DNA of 64,000 nucleotides, from the NCBI GenBank assembly GCA_024137785.1, contig JAHRHZ010000023.1, forward strand, positions 42,590,260 through 42,654,259, written 5' to 3'. This stretch comes from Ginglymostoma cirratum. Its lineage: Eukaryota. Positions 13,134-25,900 of the stretch are shown one piece after another; the first letter of the stretch is position 1; every line of letters starts with the position of its first letter. Under the pieces are notes generated by a model. The model did not search any database and was not told the origin of the DNA. It saw only the letters and a program-made list of their open reading frames with translations. The translations under genes were made by a program, and so were the position numbers.

Positions 13134-14533
13134 CACAAATGTCAAACCAAAAGTCTAATAGTGAGTCGTGCCAAACAGCTACTCAAGCTCCACTGAACAT
13201 AAATCTCCCACTTTCCCCATGGTTTGAACAAATCCTAAGTCCCCGCTTCCAAAGTATTACATCCCATGCAGGAAAATCTAGGCAGTCCCAAAAACCATTT
13301 CGAAGTCCATGAACCCAGAGCCAGTACTACCAAAGTCAAGAACAATCCTCTGGATCAATATTATCCTCAAAATGCAGGACTGCTTCTAAGCACAGAAAAG
13401 TCCTATTTATTTTATCTGATATTGTATAAATATCAGAGCCATGAAATCTCGAAGTAGTTCTCCTTTCGCAACTAAGTTACCATGGGAAACTGGAGATCTC
13501 CATGGAATTTAAGGATTTAATTTTAATCGCAATTTATTTTGCATCTTAAGTTAACTATTCTCAAGTTAATAATAAATACCAAAAGTATTATCATATATGT
13601 GAAATGGCTACAATATTCTTCAGGGAAAAGATGAATAAATTGACTTACTGACGTAATACTGCTATTAATCGTTTGTATTGCAACAATGTTAGCCTTTATT
13701 AAATGGTGAAGCATGGTCAAACTTTGAACTGAGATGACCCTGGAGGCTGGCCAATTTCTATACAAAGTAATCATCTACATAATGAGGGGTCTCAATTAAA
13801 TGTATACCATTGCATGTTAGTTTCTAAAATTCAGGGATGCAAAGACAAAAGTTAGTCCTGCAGAATCAAAACATTTGGCTTAGTATCAATTTAAGTGTGT
13901 TTTCTGCTGAAAGAGTGAATAAACTGATGTAGAATCAAAGACAAGGTTTAACTTGGAGAAATAACAATTATAATGTATGTAACAAAAGCAAAACTGATGA
14001 TAACAAACTATTATTGCTCATTGGTTAGTCCAGCGGAGAAAGAATTCTTTATTGAGGAAACCAGTTTATTACCTGAAGCAATTGTAAAGGCATTGACTTA
14101 CCTAGTTTCTGCTTATGTAGTTACGCTTTATTGCATTCAAGTAATGCTGAAATAATGTGAATTGTCATGTAGTAGGAGATGTGTAAAATGCTGCTGGTAA
14201 ACATCTCAATTTGTAAATGTTTGAACGTCCTGAAATACAGAGCTCAGACCTGTAACATCTTTGAGGTTCCAATTGTTGGTTGTAAGAGCTGTCTTGTGGG
14301 TCACGTTTAATTCTGATTACATACACATTATGCAGAACACGTGACCATATTTCGAGAATAGTACTGATATTTGAGGAATAGATAGCACATCTAGTAAGAT
14401 AAATAAACCATTTTCTAATAATTCTATTCCAAAAAAGCATTTTGAAAACTCTATTGTTGAGTTGATTCGTGGACAACCGCTATTTAAAGATTTTTTAAAA
14501 ATTGAGCTGATAACCCATGTGCCTGTAGGTGGT

Positions 14534-14662
14534 TTCTGAAGAAGGGTCTCGACCCGAAACGTCAACTTTCCTACTCCTCTGACGCTGCTTGGCCTGCTGT
14601 GTTCATCCAGCTCCACAACGTTTTATCTCAGATTCTCCAGCACCGGCAGTCCCTACTATCTC
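14534..14662 (+). mobile_element. 129-bp Penelope-derived non-autonomous element with hammerhead motif; 14-bp TSD
   Basis: TSD tgcctgtaggtggt at 14520-14533 and 14663-14676; begins ttCTGAAGAagggtctcgacccGAAACGTC. Confidence 0.85.
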
Positions 14663-15024
14663 TGCCTGTAGGTGGTGCTGTGATTAGGCTTTTTCAAGTT
14701 TTGATGCTTTGATAGCATTAATTATATCGTTACATCTTAGGGCAATCATTGTCAGTCTTTATCCAGAAATCAGGAAAACCTTCAAGCACAATCGGTCATC
14801 TTTTACTTCAAAACAAACATTAGAGCCCCTTTAGACAGAAGCATGAGTCCTGTTTGTTACTCATGGAATGCAGAAACGTATGGAATGGTCCCTATCTTCA
14901 CTATACTTGAACTCAGATAACTCAGTAATGTTCGAAGGTGAGACGTTGGATCCACCTGCTCCCTAATTGCTCAGCCAGCATTGTACTACACTGAGACATG
15001 AACATGAGAAAACTGCAAGGTTTT

Positions 15025-15225
15025 GACCATGACCCTGGAGAGTAACTCATCTGCACTTCTTCCATGTAGTGCCATGGGATCCGTGCCTTTACATCCACGT
15101 GAAAGTACGAAGTCTCATCCCAAAGAAATCATCTCTGACAGCTTGGCACTCTCTCAGTACTGCATTCATGTGTCAACCAAGGCTCTGGAATCGGGCCCGA
15201 ATCAGAGGCTAGTGTGCTGACACGA
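15025..15225 (-). mobile_element. Degraded SacSINE1-like (Deu-domain) SINE
   Basis: tagtgccatgggatc, tctcatcc and gcactctctcagtactgca match the recalled reverse-complement consensus. Confidence 0.6.
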
Positions 15226-15462
15226 CATATGTTTCACACCGAACTAATACTAGGGTAAGCCTCTGTTACATATTTTTTTAAAATAACATACAAGTTATTG
15301 GAGTCAAGAAGAAACGGTTTAATCACCCCATTCCAATCGCTGTTAACACAGCAAGCCACAGTATGAATTGTAGTAATATACATTGGACAGAAGCAGCAGA
15401 AACTTTCGAAGTAGAATTAGCTGCATACTTTGAAAAGGAAAAATAAACAAGTGTATGGATAA

Positions 15463-15600
15463 CAAAAACAAAGTTGCTGGAAAAGTTCAGCAGGTCTGGC
15501 GGCATCTGTGGTGGAAAAAACAGAGTTTACGTTTCGGGTCCGGTGACCCTTCCTCATTGTTCCTGATCCACAGCATCCGCAGTTCTTTCGGTTTTCATTT
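15463..15600 (-). mobile_element. Penelope-derived non-autonomous element (second subfamily); 14-bp TSD
   Basis: TSD aagtgtatggataa at 15449-15462 and 15601-15614; internal gtttcgggtccggtgacccttcctca is a minus-strand hammerhead-like core lacking its first C. Confidence 0.85.
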
Positions 15601-15860
15601 AAGTGTATGGATAAAATAGTGGTAGTCGGGCTAATGGGAGAACTCATTCAAAGAACAATCATAGGCACAACGGACTGAATATTGTTCTCTGCTGTAAGAC
15701 TCTGTGAGAAGACCTGGGGAATCGGAGTGAGACTGTTTTTAGTAACTCTTATAGAGCTACAGGCCAGACATAATGGCACACGGTATCCGCTTGCATACCC
15801 GAGTCTTCCCCGGCACTGGAGTCAATAACCGGTCCTGGAAACGCTATCATTTAATTTCGA

Positions 15861-15959
15861 ACAAAATCAGAAGTTGCTGGAAAAGCTCAGCAGGTCTGGC
15901 AGCATCTGTGAAGAAATATCAGTGTTAACGTTTCGGGTCCAGAGCCCCTTCCTTAGAAC
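15861..15959 (-). mobile_element. Penelope-derived non-autonomous element; 15-bp TSD with 1 mismatch
   Basis: TSD atcatttaatttcga (15846-15860) / atcatttaatctcga (15960-15974); same arm as the 15463 copy. Confidence 0.8.
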
Positions 15960-16061
15960 ATCATTTAATCTCGACAAGTGTCCTTTTATGATTTGTTTAA
16001 TTATTATGAGTTGCACGCTTCCAAAAGAAACACGAGGGCAGGGTACTTTTGTAAAACTATT

Positions 16062-16288
16062 AATAAAAACCAAAAGAACTGCGGATGGTGTAAATCAGGA
16101 ACAAAGACAAAGTTGCTGGAAAAGCTCAGCAAGTCTGGCAGCATCTGTGAAGGAGAAAACAGAATTAAACATTTCGGGTCAGTCGGAACAGTTCTGAGGA
16201 AGCGTCACCGAACCCGAAACGTTAACTGTTTTTTCCTTCAAATGCTGCCAGACCTGCTGAGCTTTTCCAGCAACTTTGTTTTTGTTGT
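16062..16288. mobile_element. Palindromic Penelope-derived element with hammerhead motif at 16187-16230
   Basis: Inverted arms acaaagttgctggaaaagctcagcaagtctggcagcat / atgctgccagacctgctgagcttttccagcaactttgt. Confidence 0.85.
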
Positions 16289-16409
16289 GGTTGTAAAATT
16301 CTTCTTATTTGATGCCACCGGGATGGAAAGGAAAACCCAATCTCTCGGATTCCAGGAAAGGAAGCGCGGCTGAATACCCTGTCCCTGTATACGGCAGTTG
16401 CCTTTGAGT

Positions 16410-16620
16410 TAGGAGCGGAGGTCGGGGAGTGAGCGGGGCGGACGCTTGGGGGAGCAAGCGGGGCGGAAGTCGGGCCTGCGCAGGGCTGGAGTCGACGGGA
16501 CTTGTGGGGCGGAAGTCAGTGTGTGCGGGCGGATTTCACAGTGCGTGTGTCGGAATTAAGTTCCGGAGCGGCGCTGTTAGTTTGTTGGTGCAGGCAGTGT
16601 GAGCGGCAGTGGATTGCTCC
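16410..16620 (+). promoter_or_regulatory. fbxl18: fbxl18 CpG-rich TATA-less promoter
   Basis: Two GGGGCGGAAGTC Sp/ETS composites (16460-16471, 16506-16517), GC box ~16435, palindrome cctgcgcagg (16475-16484); 150-350 bp upstream of the ATG. Confidence 0.75.
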
Positions 16621-16764
16621 TGCTCTGTGTTCTGCCTCGGACCGTCAAATATTTTTATTTAAAACTTTTCCCATTTATATCTTGGTTATTCGTTTGTAGA
16701 GTTGGTTGTTGATGTGCTGCCTTGCCCCCGAGTGAGCCGTTAACTGAAGCCGGCGCCCGAAGAG

Positions 16765-16980
16765 ATGGAGAGCGGAGAGGAGCCGGAGCAGGCCCAACCC
16801 CAACCCCAACCCCAGACCCTCAACCTGACCGAGTTCTCAGATGAGATTCTGTTGACCATCCTGAGGTTTGTACCCAGCTGCGACCTCCTGCTCAATGTCC
16901 GGAAAGTGAATAGAAAGTTGGCGGCTCTGTGTATGGACAAGAGCCTGGTCAGCTCTGTCACTCTGCACAAGGAGTACCAG
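16765..16980 (+). CDS. fbxl18: fbxl18 coding exon 1 (F-box)
   Basis: gagATGG Kozak; donor CAG|gtaaat. Confidence 0.9.
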
Positions 16981-19900
16981 GTAAATCAGCAACCCACTGC
17001 TACTCTGTGCATCGTATTAATAGTTTGTGAAAATGGGAAATAGCTGGAGTCTGAGTCCTCTGGAATACGATCAGAAAGTGCTGGAATTATTTAGGATCAG
17101 GCAGTGAGACAGACTGAGCCAGTGTTTCAATTTGGTGACTTTTCATCTGAATGTGAACTGTGAAATCCTTTCATTGACTTCCACCTTGTTTGCATTCACT
17201 GTTTTAAACAACTCCATTTCAACACCAAACTGGGATGAAATAAAAGAATTTCAGTCTAAGCTGGCCATTGTTTCTAGGTCCAGGAGCAAAAAAAATAAAT
17301 TGGGAGCTGGGAGGTAATGCATTAGCTTTCCCCAATTGTAGTCTTGACCATTCAACTATATCACCAAGACTAGATTCAGACGTAGGCGAAATCTAGCACG
17401 TTGCAGTCAAACATTGTTCTGTATCTACTAAAAAACGTAAAGTCGCCATAGTCCTACCAAACCATAGGGCTACTCTGTCTCAAAGAGAGATGATGGATGG
17501 TGGTTTAACCTAAGGGTGACCAGGCCTCTGGCAAGGGGAGAGGTTGAGAAGGAGAATCATTTATCGTAACTCAGTTGGGGCAGGAATTGAGTCCATGTTG
17601 TTTTCATTACTCTGCATCACAAACCAGCTGTCGAGTCATCTGACCTAACTGAAACCACTCCCAATCAACATTCCCTCTTTGGAGTGATTTAATTTAAAGA
17701 AATGTCCGGTCTACTTGTTGACTTTTAAACTTTGAAATCAGCAAAGAAGAGGTACTGCTGCAAAACCCAATTAGCTACCAACTTTATTTCTCTTTGAATG
17801 GAATTGTAGAAACTACAGAATGTGATCCTTGTGAAATATGCCGCAAGAAAATGAAAAACCATTTATTACCCTGACAGATCATTTAACAAGCATATTGATT
17901 AACATATGCCTTGCAAAGTCAGTTAATTTACCCCAGTATGTGCAATTTCTGATGATCTTGGGCAAAGCAGACGTGAATGCTGATCAACTTTAGTGGCAGT
18001 AGAATAGTACTTCAGGGAGGGTTGTTAGGGGTGGTTTGCCTCAATTTTCTGCATTCCTGGTTTCCACTGCCAGTTTACTGTAAAGGCCGTATGCATACAT
18101 CAAATTGACTGTTATTTCCTCATTGTTCAACCAACATTCTGGCACTAAGGTGCCTGCACAGCATTTTAGTTTGTGTCTTTTCCCCGACTTACTACTTTAT
18201 GTTCCATAATGATTTCAAACAATCTTCCTTCGAAATTTGTTCATTTGCTCTAATGAAATACTTCCACTGGGCTCAACTGAGCTCAGTTGGTTGAGTCCGA
18301 GAATGATTTTTTTATTTTTCTGTTTATATTAATAAAAGTTGATAACTAAATTTGGTGGTGAAGCATTTGATTGTCTGTGCTTTCATGTCATTGTTTAATG
18401 TACAAGTGTAAACACAATTTTAGATTACCTTACCTGTGGCTGTGATCTCTTGCAAACGGTTGCATTATTCAAGGTTAATTTACCAATAGTTAAACCTTTG
18501 AAGGTTCACTCTTAATCCAGTATGTTGCTGGTCCATGGCACCGGCACCTCTCAGGTACAGGCAGTGGCTATGTTTATTCTGTGATCTTTGCAAATCAAGT
18601 GGGTGGTGAAGCAAGTGCTTTTGCCGATATGTTAAGAACTGTGAGGTTGACCAACTGTGCATCTTTTTATTTGAGTCGTCATGTCGAGTTGAGAATGGTG
18701 TGTAGCTCTTTAATTTCATAAAACCATCTTGGTGAGCTGAAGTTCTGTCATATGTAGACAAAGTTTTAGCAACTCTGTTAATTCTTTGATGATACGGTGA
18801 TCATTTTGCTTCTGTCAGGAAATTACATACAGTTATTTCCTCACTGATTGTTGTTCAATTTTTTTTTCTATCCTTTTCTGTCTTCCTTGTGGTCATTGAC
18901 TGGATGCCCTCTGATACCCAGGGCAAATGTTCACATTCCATGCGAAACTTCACGGTGAGCTTGTGTTCCCCAGGGGAGGGAACGCTCAGTCTGTCCTTGC
19001 TAAACTTTAGAGATTTGCAGTTCCTTCAGCCCAAAGTGTATTTCCCTCAAAGCTAAAAGAATTGAAAGAAACACAGCCCTGCTAACCCAGAATAATCACT
19101 GGAATCTGAGATCTTCCAATTCTGCATGTTTCAATTATTCCATGACAAATGACTGAACTATGAAGCAGAAATTCTGTATTCCATAATTTCAACAGTTACA
19201 TGCATACATAAAAGTAGTTTGTTTACTGTAATAACAACTCCTAACAAGCTTCACTGGAGCAAAGTCAGACAAAAATTGATAATGGCACAGATGTTCCGTA
19301 TCTTTCTGAAATACCGAAAGCATGTTCAAGTCGATATAAACTATGTTTTAGCTGGTGGAAGATTGCAGGTGCAGTGCTGGGTGCCTGCTGTGTTAGCTGA
19401 TATCCAGCAGAGGGAGCTTCGATTGGTCTGGCAACTCTGGGCCAGGAAGAGGCATGACAGCTCTCCTCCTGTCCTTGGACAGACGGGGCAGGGTATATGA
19501 GGACCAGCTGCAGAAAGAGGTGTAGAAGTGTATGAAGATCAAATGTGGGATAGGGCTAGACTCAGCTAGCACAAATTTGCATAGTTTTCTGACTCTGAAT
19601 GAGGCCTTGACTGTATGATCCAGGAAAAAAGAAGGGGAGGACGGAAGAATGCATTGTTTTGCTGGACTATAACAATTTGGACTAGATAATAAAGCGCAAC
19701 TGTTTCCAGTGACTGAAGAGACCATGACCAGAGGCCACAGATTTAAAGTGTAGGCAATCGAACCAGAGGCAGATGGTGTTAAATTGTTTTGTAGCAACAA
19801 TTTGAAAGGTTTTGTTATGTGCTGCCTGACTATAGTAAATGCAGATTCAATGTTAGCCCGTAAATGAGAATTGGTTAAATACTTGGAGAAGGAAAAATTG

Positions 19901-22900
19901 CAGGGTTTTGGGTAAAGAATGGGAGAGTGGGACTAACTGTGTCGTTGTTTGAAAGTGCTGGCTCAGACCTTAGGGGCAAACTGCCTCCTGTGATAGACCG
20001 TTCCATGATATTGCCATGGGGAGGAAAATATGTGAAAGGAAATATTTTATTTGAGCATTGAGTCTACAAAAGTAAGATTAAAACTAATGAATGACATAAA
20101 AATCCGTGGAACAAAACATAGCCAGCCCTCGAATCAACTGGATTTATAAAAAAGATGTGCATCAAATACAATACATACCCAAAGATCAATTAGGAAATCT
20201 ACGTGTAAACCTGGAAGTTTGTTATTGCTTTTAGTACCAGAGCAATATTATGCAATTGGAAATGAAGAAGATTGAGTTCGAAGAGGAAAGTAACCACGAG
20301 AGGGCAGTAGAGTAAGCCCGAAGTGCTTACTGTGGAATGTGAAGCCAAATGATTAACTCTCCGCTGAAATTGAATTTAACTTTTAACGCAGCAGTAGTTC
20401 CTTTTGCACCAGGTTTCATTTTGGTCCCTGTAAAGACTAACAACTTTCTGAAAAGAAATTCAAATTCCCAGTGGCCAATTTAAAGGAATTGCGGAACAAG
20501 CTAAAAGCAACTATTGCTGAATGGTATTTCAGTGGGCAGTTTATGCTCTAAATTGCAGAAAAAAATTAACATTTTAAACCACCTGAAGATCATCCTTTAT
20601 TCTTCTTTTATATTACAATTAAGCATCCATGTTAGTCTTCTGTTTACAAGAATGATACCTGGATTTGAGTTATATTATGAGGAGAAATTATACAAATTAG
20701 GACTGTTTTCTGGAGAATTTAAAGGTTAAGGGGTGATTTGGTCAAAGACATCAAGATATTAATGGGAAAAGTCAGAGTAGATAAATTGTTTTCACTGGTT
20801 AGGGATTCAAAGACTAGGGGCCACAGTCTTAGGAATTTGGACCAAACTGTTCAGGAGAGATGTTAGGAAACACCTTGAACTCTCTTTCCACAAACGGTAG
20901 TGGATGCTGAATCAGTTGTTAATTTTTAATCTGAAATAGGTAAAGTTTTGTTAGGTAAAGGTATTAAGGGATATGGCCAAAGGCAGATATATAGAGTTAG
21001 GCCACAGATCAGCCATGATCCCATTAAGTGGTCAAGCAAACTTGAGGGGCTGAATGGTCTACTTCTGTTCCTATGAAACTGGTCCAGTGTTATTCGTGAC
21101 TTCTGAGGACTTGATTCCTTTCTCTTCCTTTTCCAGTTGGATAACTTCTAATCCCCAAATTGGCTTTACCAATGAAGATTACCCTGGAGATTCAGTCTTC
21201 CAGCCAAAGCTAGGCAAATCTTCCAATCTTGTTTGAATCCTCAGTGCCAATCTTTTTGAGTCTGACAGTGTGCTCCTGCCTGTGTTCATGTGTGGTGACT
21301 GTACATAGAACCTCTGTTTACAACCTGACGTCTGTGTGACTCAGTTAAGAAAGGACACTAAGACATTTTACAACGGCTTAATATGGATTCTCAACACCCA
21401 TATCCATGGCAACTGGAATTGTATGGGCTTCGCATCCAGGTAGAATTGCTAGTAAGCCATTCTTTAGACTTTCTGTTCCATTCTGTGTTGAAAATAAGTA
21501 GACTATTTGAGCTATAATAGTTTACAAAACGTGACATTCCTAGCACCTTCCTGGGACTTTGGAAATGTGTGGTGTGTTCACTGTATTTCCAGCAAAACAA
21601 CTTGGGGGCCCTCTTTAATCTCTAACACCTGAATGTGCTGCCTGTAGAATTCAGAGCAGGTCACATAGACTTCTTTGTTCCTTCTATTTATCCTAAATTA
21701 AAGATGCAATCTGAAAACGTAACAATCTTATAAACCTCACATTTCTAACAGTATTTTAGGCTAGAGATTGCAAGTACCTAGTGCTTTGGTGCTTCTCCCT
21801 TCTAAATATGTTGTTTGATCTGGAGCAATGAGATGCAAACCATGAACTGCTGTATGTTTAAAGCTATTTTTTGTTCTTGTACTGAAGTAACTTCACATAA
21901 GCTGATCAATCCAGAATAGGCAAGATCATTTTATGTTGATTTTCACGTCAAGCTCTAGTACCTTGTCTAATTGTCATCCTTGATGTGTGAATGTAATTGA
22001 TGACATGCTGTAGTTGTGGAGCATATCTTGATCAGCAGACTCTGATATTATTCATTTCCACTCCCTTATTGTATAATTAAGGAGAAGGAGCCTTTCTCAT
22101 TCTCTATCCCTTCCCTGCTCCCTAGTGCCCAGAATGGAGCACAGCACCCTGTTTGAGATCTGAGGTATGGCCCATTGATTGATGCAGGACTTTCTGACCT
22201 TGGTTTTGCACCTCTTACCACGTTTGCTGAGCCTTAATATTTATTGGCAAGTTTTTTTTTATAGCTGGGGGTTCAATTCTATAAGATATGAAGCAGCAAC
22301 CATTTTGAGAGGAAGTAAAAGGTTCCATTGATTCATCTGCAGCAGTGTGAATGCACTGCTCATATTTATTCCAGAACAAAGCTTTCTATTAAAGGATTTT
22401 TCACCTTCACAGCCTTTGAAATAAACTTTGTTTTGTTTCCAGGAGAGTGACGCAAAAGTGACGTCTCTGCTGAAAGAAATAGCTAGTGACATTCAACAAC
22501 TGAAGCTGAGTGGCTGCTATTGGTTGTCTGGCTCAACTATTGATCAGGTGGTAAAATGTAAAAACATCCTGAAGCTTGACCTGACAGGATGCCGCATGAC
22601 ATCACTGCGTCTGTCCAGAATGCTGTCTGCACTCTGTAACCTGCGGTCCCTTGCTTTAGATGTCAGCCAAGGATTTGATGTGGGCCAACTGAGCAGTGAG
22701 TGTAAGGCAACACTTGGCAAAGTAACTGAACTGAAGCAGACTTTATTCACCCCTTCTTATGGTGTTGTTCCGTGCTGTACCAATCTGGAGAGGCTATTGC
22801 TTTATTTTGAAATCCCAGATCGGACTCGTGAAGGAGAAATGCTCTCAGGCCAACTGATGGTCGGACAAAGCAACATCCCCCACTATCAAAATCTCAAGGT

Positions 22901-25900
22901 ATTCTATGCAAGGCTGTCACCTGGCTACGTTAACCAGGAAGTTGGGAGATTTTACCTGTCAGTTCTGAGCATTCGGACTCCCGAGAACTTGCGTGCCTTT
23001 ATCCTGTCCGTCCCTGGAGTTTTTGTTGACACTGGATGCTCCACACGGAACTTTCTAGATTGCATGACCAAAAACTTTAGCTTGGAGGCACTGCAGCTCC
23101 CTCGATCCTGGTTGAATGGATCCTCACTTCTACATTCCTCGCTTTTGCACACCATTACATTGAGCAACCCTGTCTATTTGAACTTCAGCCACTGCATACT
23201 GTCTGGCTGTCAGCTGAGCCATCAAATCATTAATGGAGGCAGAAACGTCCAGTCACTAGTTAGCTTGAACCTCAGCGGTTGTGTCCATTGCCTGCTATCA
23301 GACTGCTCTGTCTTTCGCAAGGCTAAAGACGACATTGATTTCGATGTGGTGGAAGCACTGGTAAACTGTTGCACCAACCTGAGGCACCTGAATCTGTCTG
23401 CAGCTCACCACCACAGCCCTGAGGGCACCGGAAGGCACTTGTGCTTGCTTCTGGCAAGATTGAAGCAGTTGCGTTCGTTATCGCTCCCAGTGTGTTGTGT
23501 GGTGCAAAGTGCCAAAAACACTGACAAACTGCCTAATCATGCAGTGCCAGCTTTGCAGGCACAGTCTGTGCGCCGGGGTCTGGGAAAGAAAGTTCGAATT
23601 GGAGTTCCGACCTATCCAAGGAATATTCAGGAGCAGCTGTCGTTGAATTTGCCAGCAACTGTGTTTGGGACTCTACTGGAGAATATTCCCTTTTTGGAAG
23701 AGCTGGAGTTGATTGGGTCCAGTTTCTCCTCGAACGTGCCTCGAAATGAGCCTGCCATCAGGAACATGCAGCCACCCTGTGACCGAGCACAGCGGATCCG
23801 AGACGAAGAGCTGGCACTTATTGGACACTTGCAGCACCTGCGCAGTCTGACCTTGGCCCAACTTCCTGGTATTCTCACAGGGTCAGGGCTGATTGGCATT
23901 GGACTGAAGTGTCAGCAGCTACAGACATTATCCCTGGCAAACCTTGGGCTGCTGGGTAAGGTGGCTTACATGCCAGCCTTGTGTGAAATGCTGAAACACT
24001 GCAAACAGTTGAAGGACTTGAGGTGAGAGCATGTCTTTCTTAGAATTTGAAGTTTTCACATGTACTCCAGAAATGAAGGATTCACCGTTAAGTCTATAGC
24101 ATTTGTGTCTTCATGTGAAGCTGTCTGTAAATCTCGATAAAGGGAACTTCATTGTTCTAGCACCTTTTTAAGTTCTCAGGATGTCACAAAGTGCGCAAAG
24201 TCAATGTTTAAATGCAGTCTTGCAGAGTCTGTCAAAGAGCAATGATTGACTAGTGATGGTGGTGTAGTGGTTATGCTTCTGTACTAGCAGTTCAAAGATC
24301 TGCATAAATCATCCATCATCAAACTGACTACAAATCCCACCGTTTCAGAAGGAAAATTCTCTTTTTTTCATAAGGTGAATTTTTTTTAAATAAAAAAACT
24401 GGTATCCTTTAAATAAAAGTGACTCCATTATTGGTTGAATGTTTACAAAAAAAGCAGATTCACTGTCACGTGGTTGCGAAAACCTGTCGTCTTTACCAGT
24501 TTTGAACTGCCCTCTGGTGTAGCTGAGCATGCCATTCATTTGTATGAAACTGTTCAAGAAGCTGTAGTTCTGCTGATGGCATGATGAACAGCTATGGACC
24601 ATGCTTCTAGTTAAAAATGTGGAATGAGGGAAAGAATTCTGTAAAAGTAGCTTTCTCGCTTATTCAACAATTGTGCCTATGTTGCTCTGCTCCCAAGTGA
24701 CATTACATTCATTTTGTGGTAGACGTTTCTTGTACTGCTTACTTATGTGTGATCGCCCTCTTGTCCAAGGCTTAGTTTGACTGCCATATGCTGCAGTGAT
24801 TTGTGACCTGTTTAATTGTTTTGTTCATTTTACACAGTCATAGGTGGAGGAGAAAAGATTATGACTGTTTGCGATAATGGAGGATTTTCCTTTTCTTCTG
24901 ATACAGCTATTCTGTCCTTGAGTAATTTTGTTCAGTGCCACATTGCTCATATGTAGAATTCGATTTGTTTCTGGCACACAAATACTAGGACCCTTGAGGG
25001 TAATATTTTTGACCCAAGAAATGCTTATTCATCACTGTGCCCAATTAACATAAATTAAGCTACAGAGTTGAATACGGTTTATGTGGTTAGGCTGGAATTG
25101 TGGCTACAGGGAATTCTGCATCACTATCTACAGGATTTAACAAGCAGCAGTTATTTAGTGGCTAATGTGACTTACAGCTGCTATGTTTTATTTTATTATT
25201 TTGTGGGTTGTGCATGTCACTGTCTAGGCCGTCTTCTGTTGCCTTGTCTCTGCCCTTGAGAAGGTTGTACTGAATGCCTTTTGAACCATTGCAGTCCTTG
25301 GGGTGTAGATGCGCACCCACAGTGCTGTTATGAAGGGGAGTTCCAGAATCTGGACCTATTGTTAGATGATTGTATTCCTTTTAACGTGTTCTTCCGTCTG
25401 TAAAGTTCGTGGAAGGTGCTGTTGAAAGAGTGCAAAGTATTTTATTTCCTTTCTGACTTATCCCTGTAAATGATGGGGCAGATTTGAAAGAATCATGAGT
25501 TGTGTTAACCAGTCGCAGAATTCCCAGGTCCTCCCGTAGCATTGGTATTTATTTGAATACTCCAATTAAGTTTCAAGCATGTTGATGATAAGGCTTCAGC
25601 AATGCTGGATGGTTAAGTTCTGACTTATTGAAGATGTTAATTGCCTGGCATGTGTGTGCTGTACTTATCAGTCCAAACCTGACTGAGTCTTTGCTGCACA
25701 TGGGCACAGGTTACTTTGTGTGGAATTGTGATTGGAGCTGCACACTGCACCCAATAGCGAGCATGCTCACCACTGACCTTATGATGGAAAGAGAGTCATC
25801 GATAAAAATATTTGGGAGTCAGACACTACCCTGAGGAACAATTGCAACAATGTCCTTGGACTGAGATGATTGGCTTCCAGCCATCACAATAGTTCTCTCC

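Noticed and set aside
10900-13160. TSD around the large CR1
   Set aside because: No matching direct repeat visible at the two junctions.
14520-16290. Recurring repeats resembling a CRISPR array
   Set aside because: Irregular spacing, individual TSDs, vertebrate context and no cas genes; they are dispersed retroelements.
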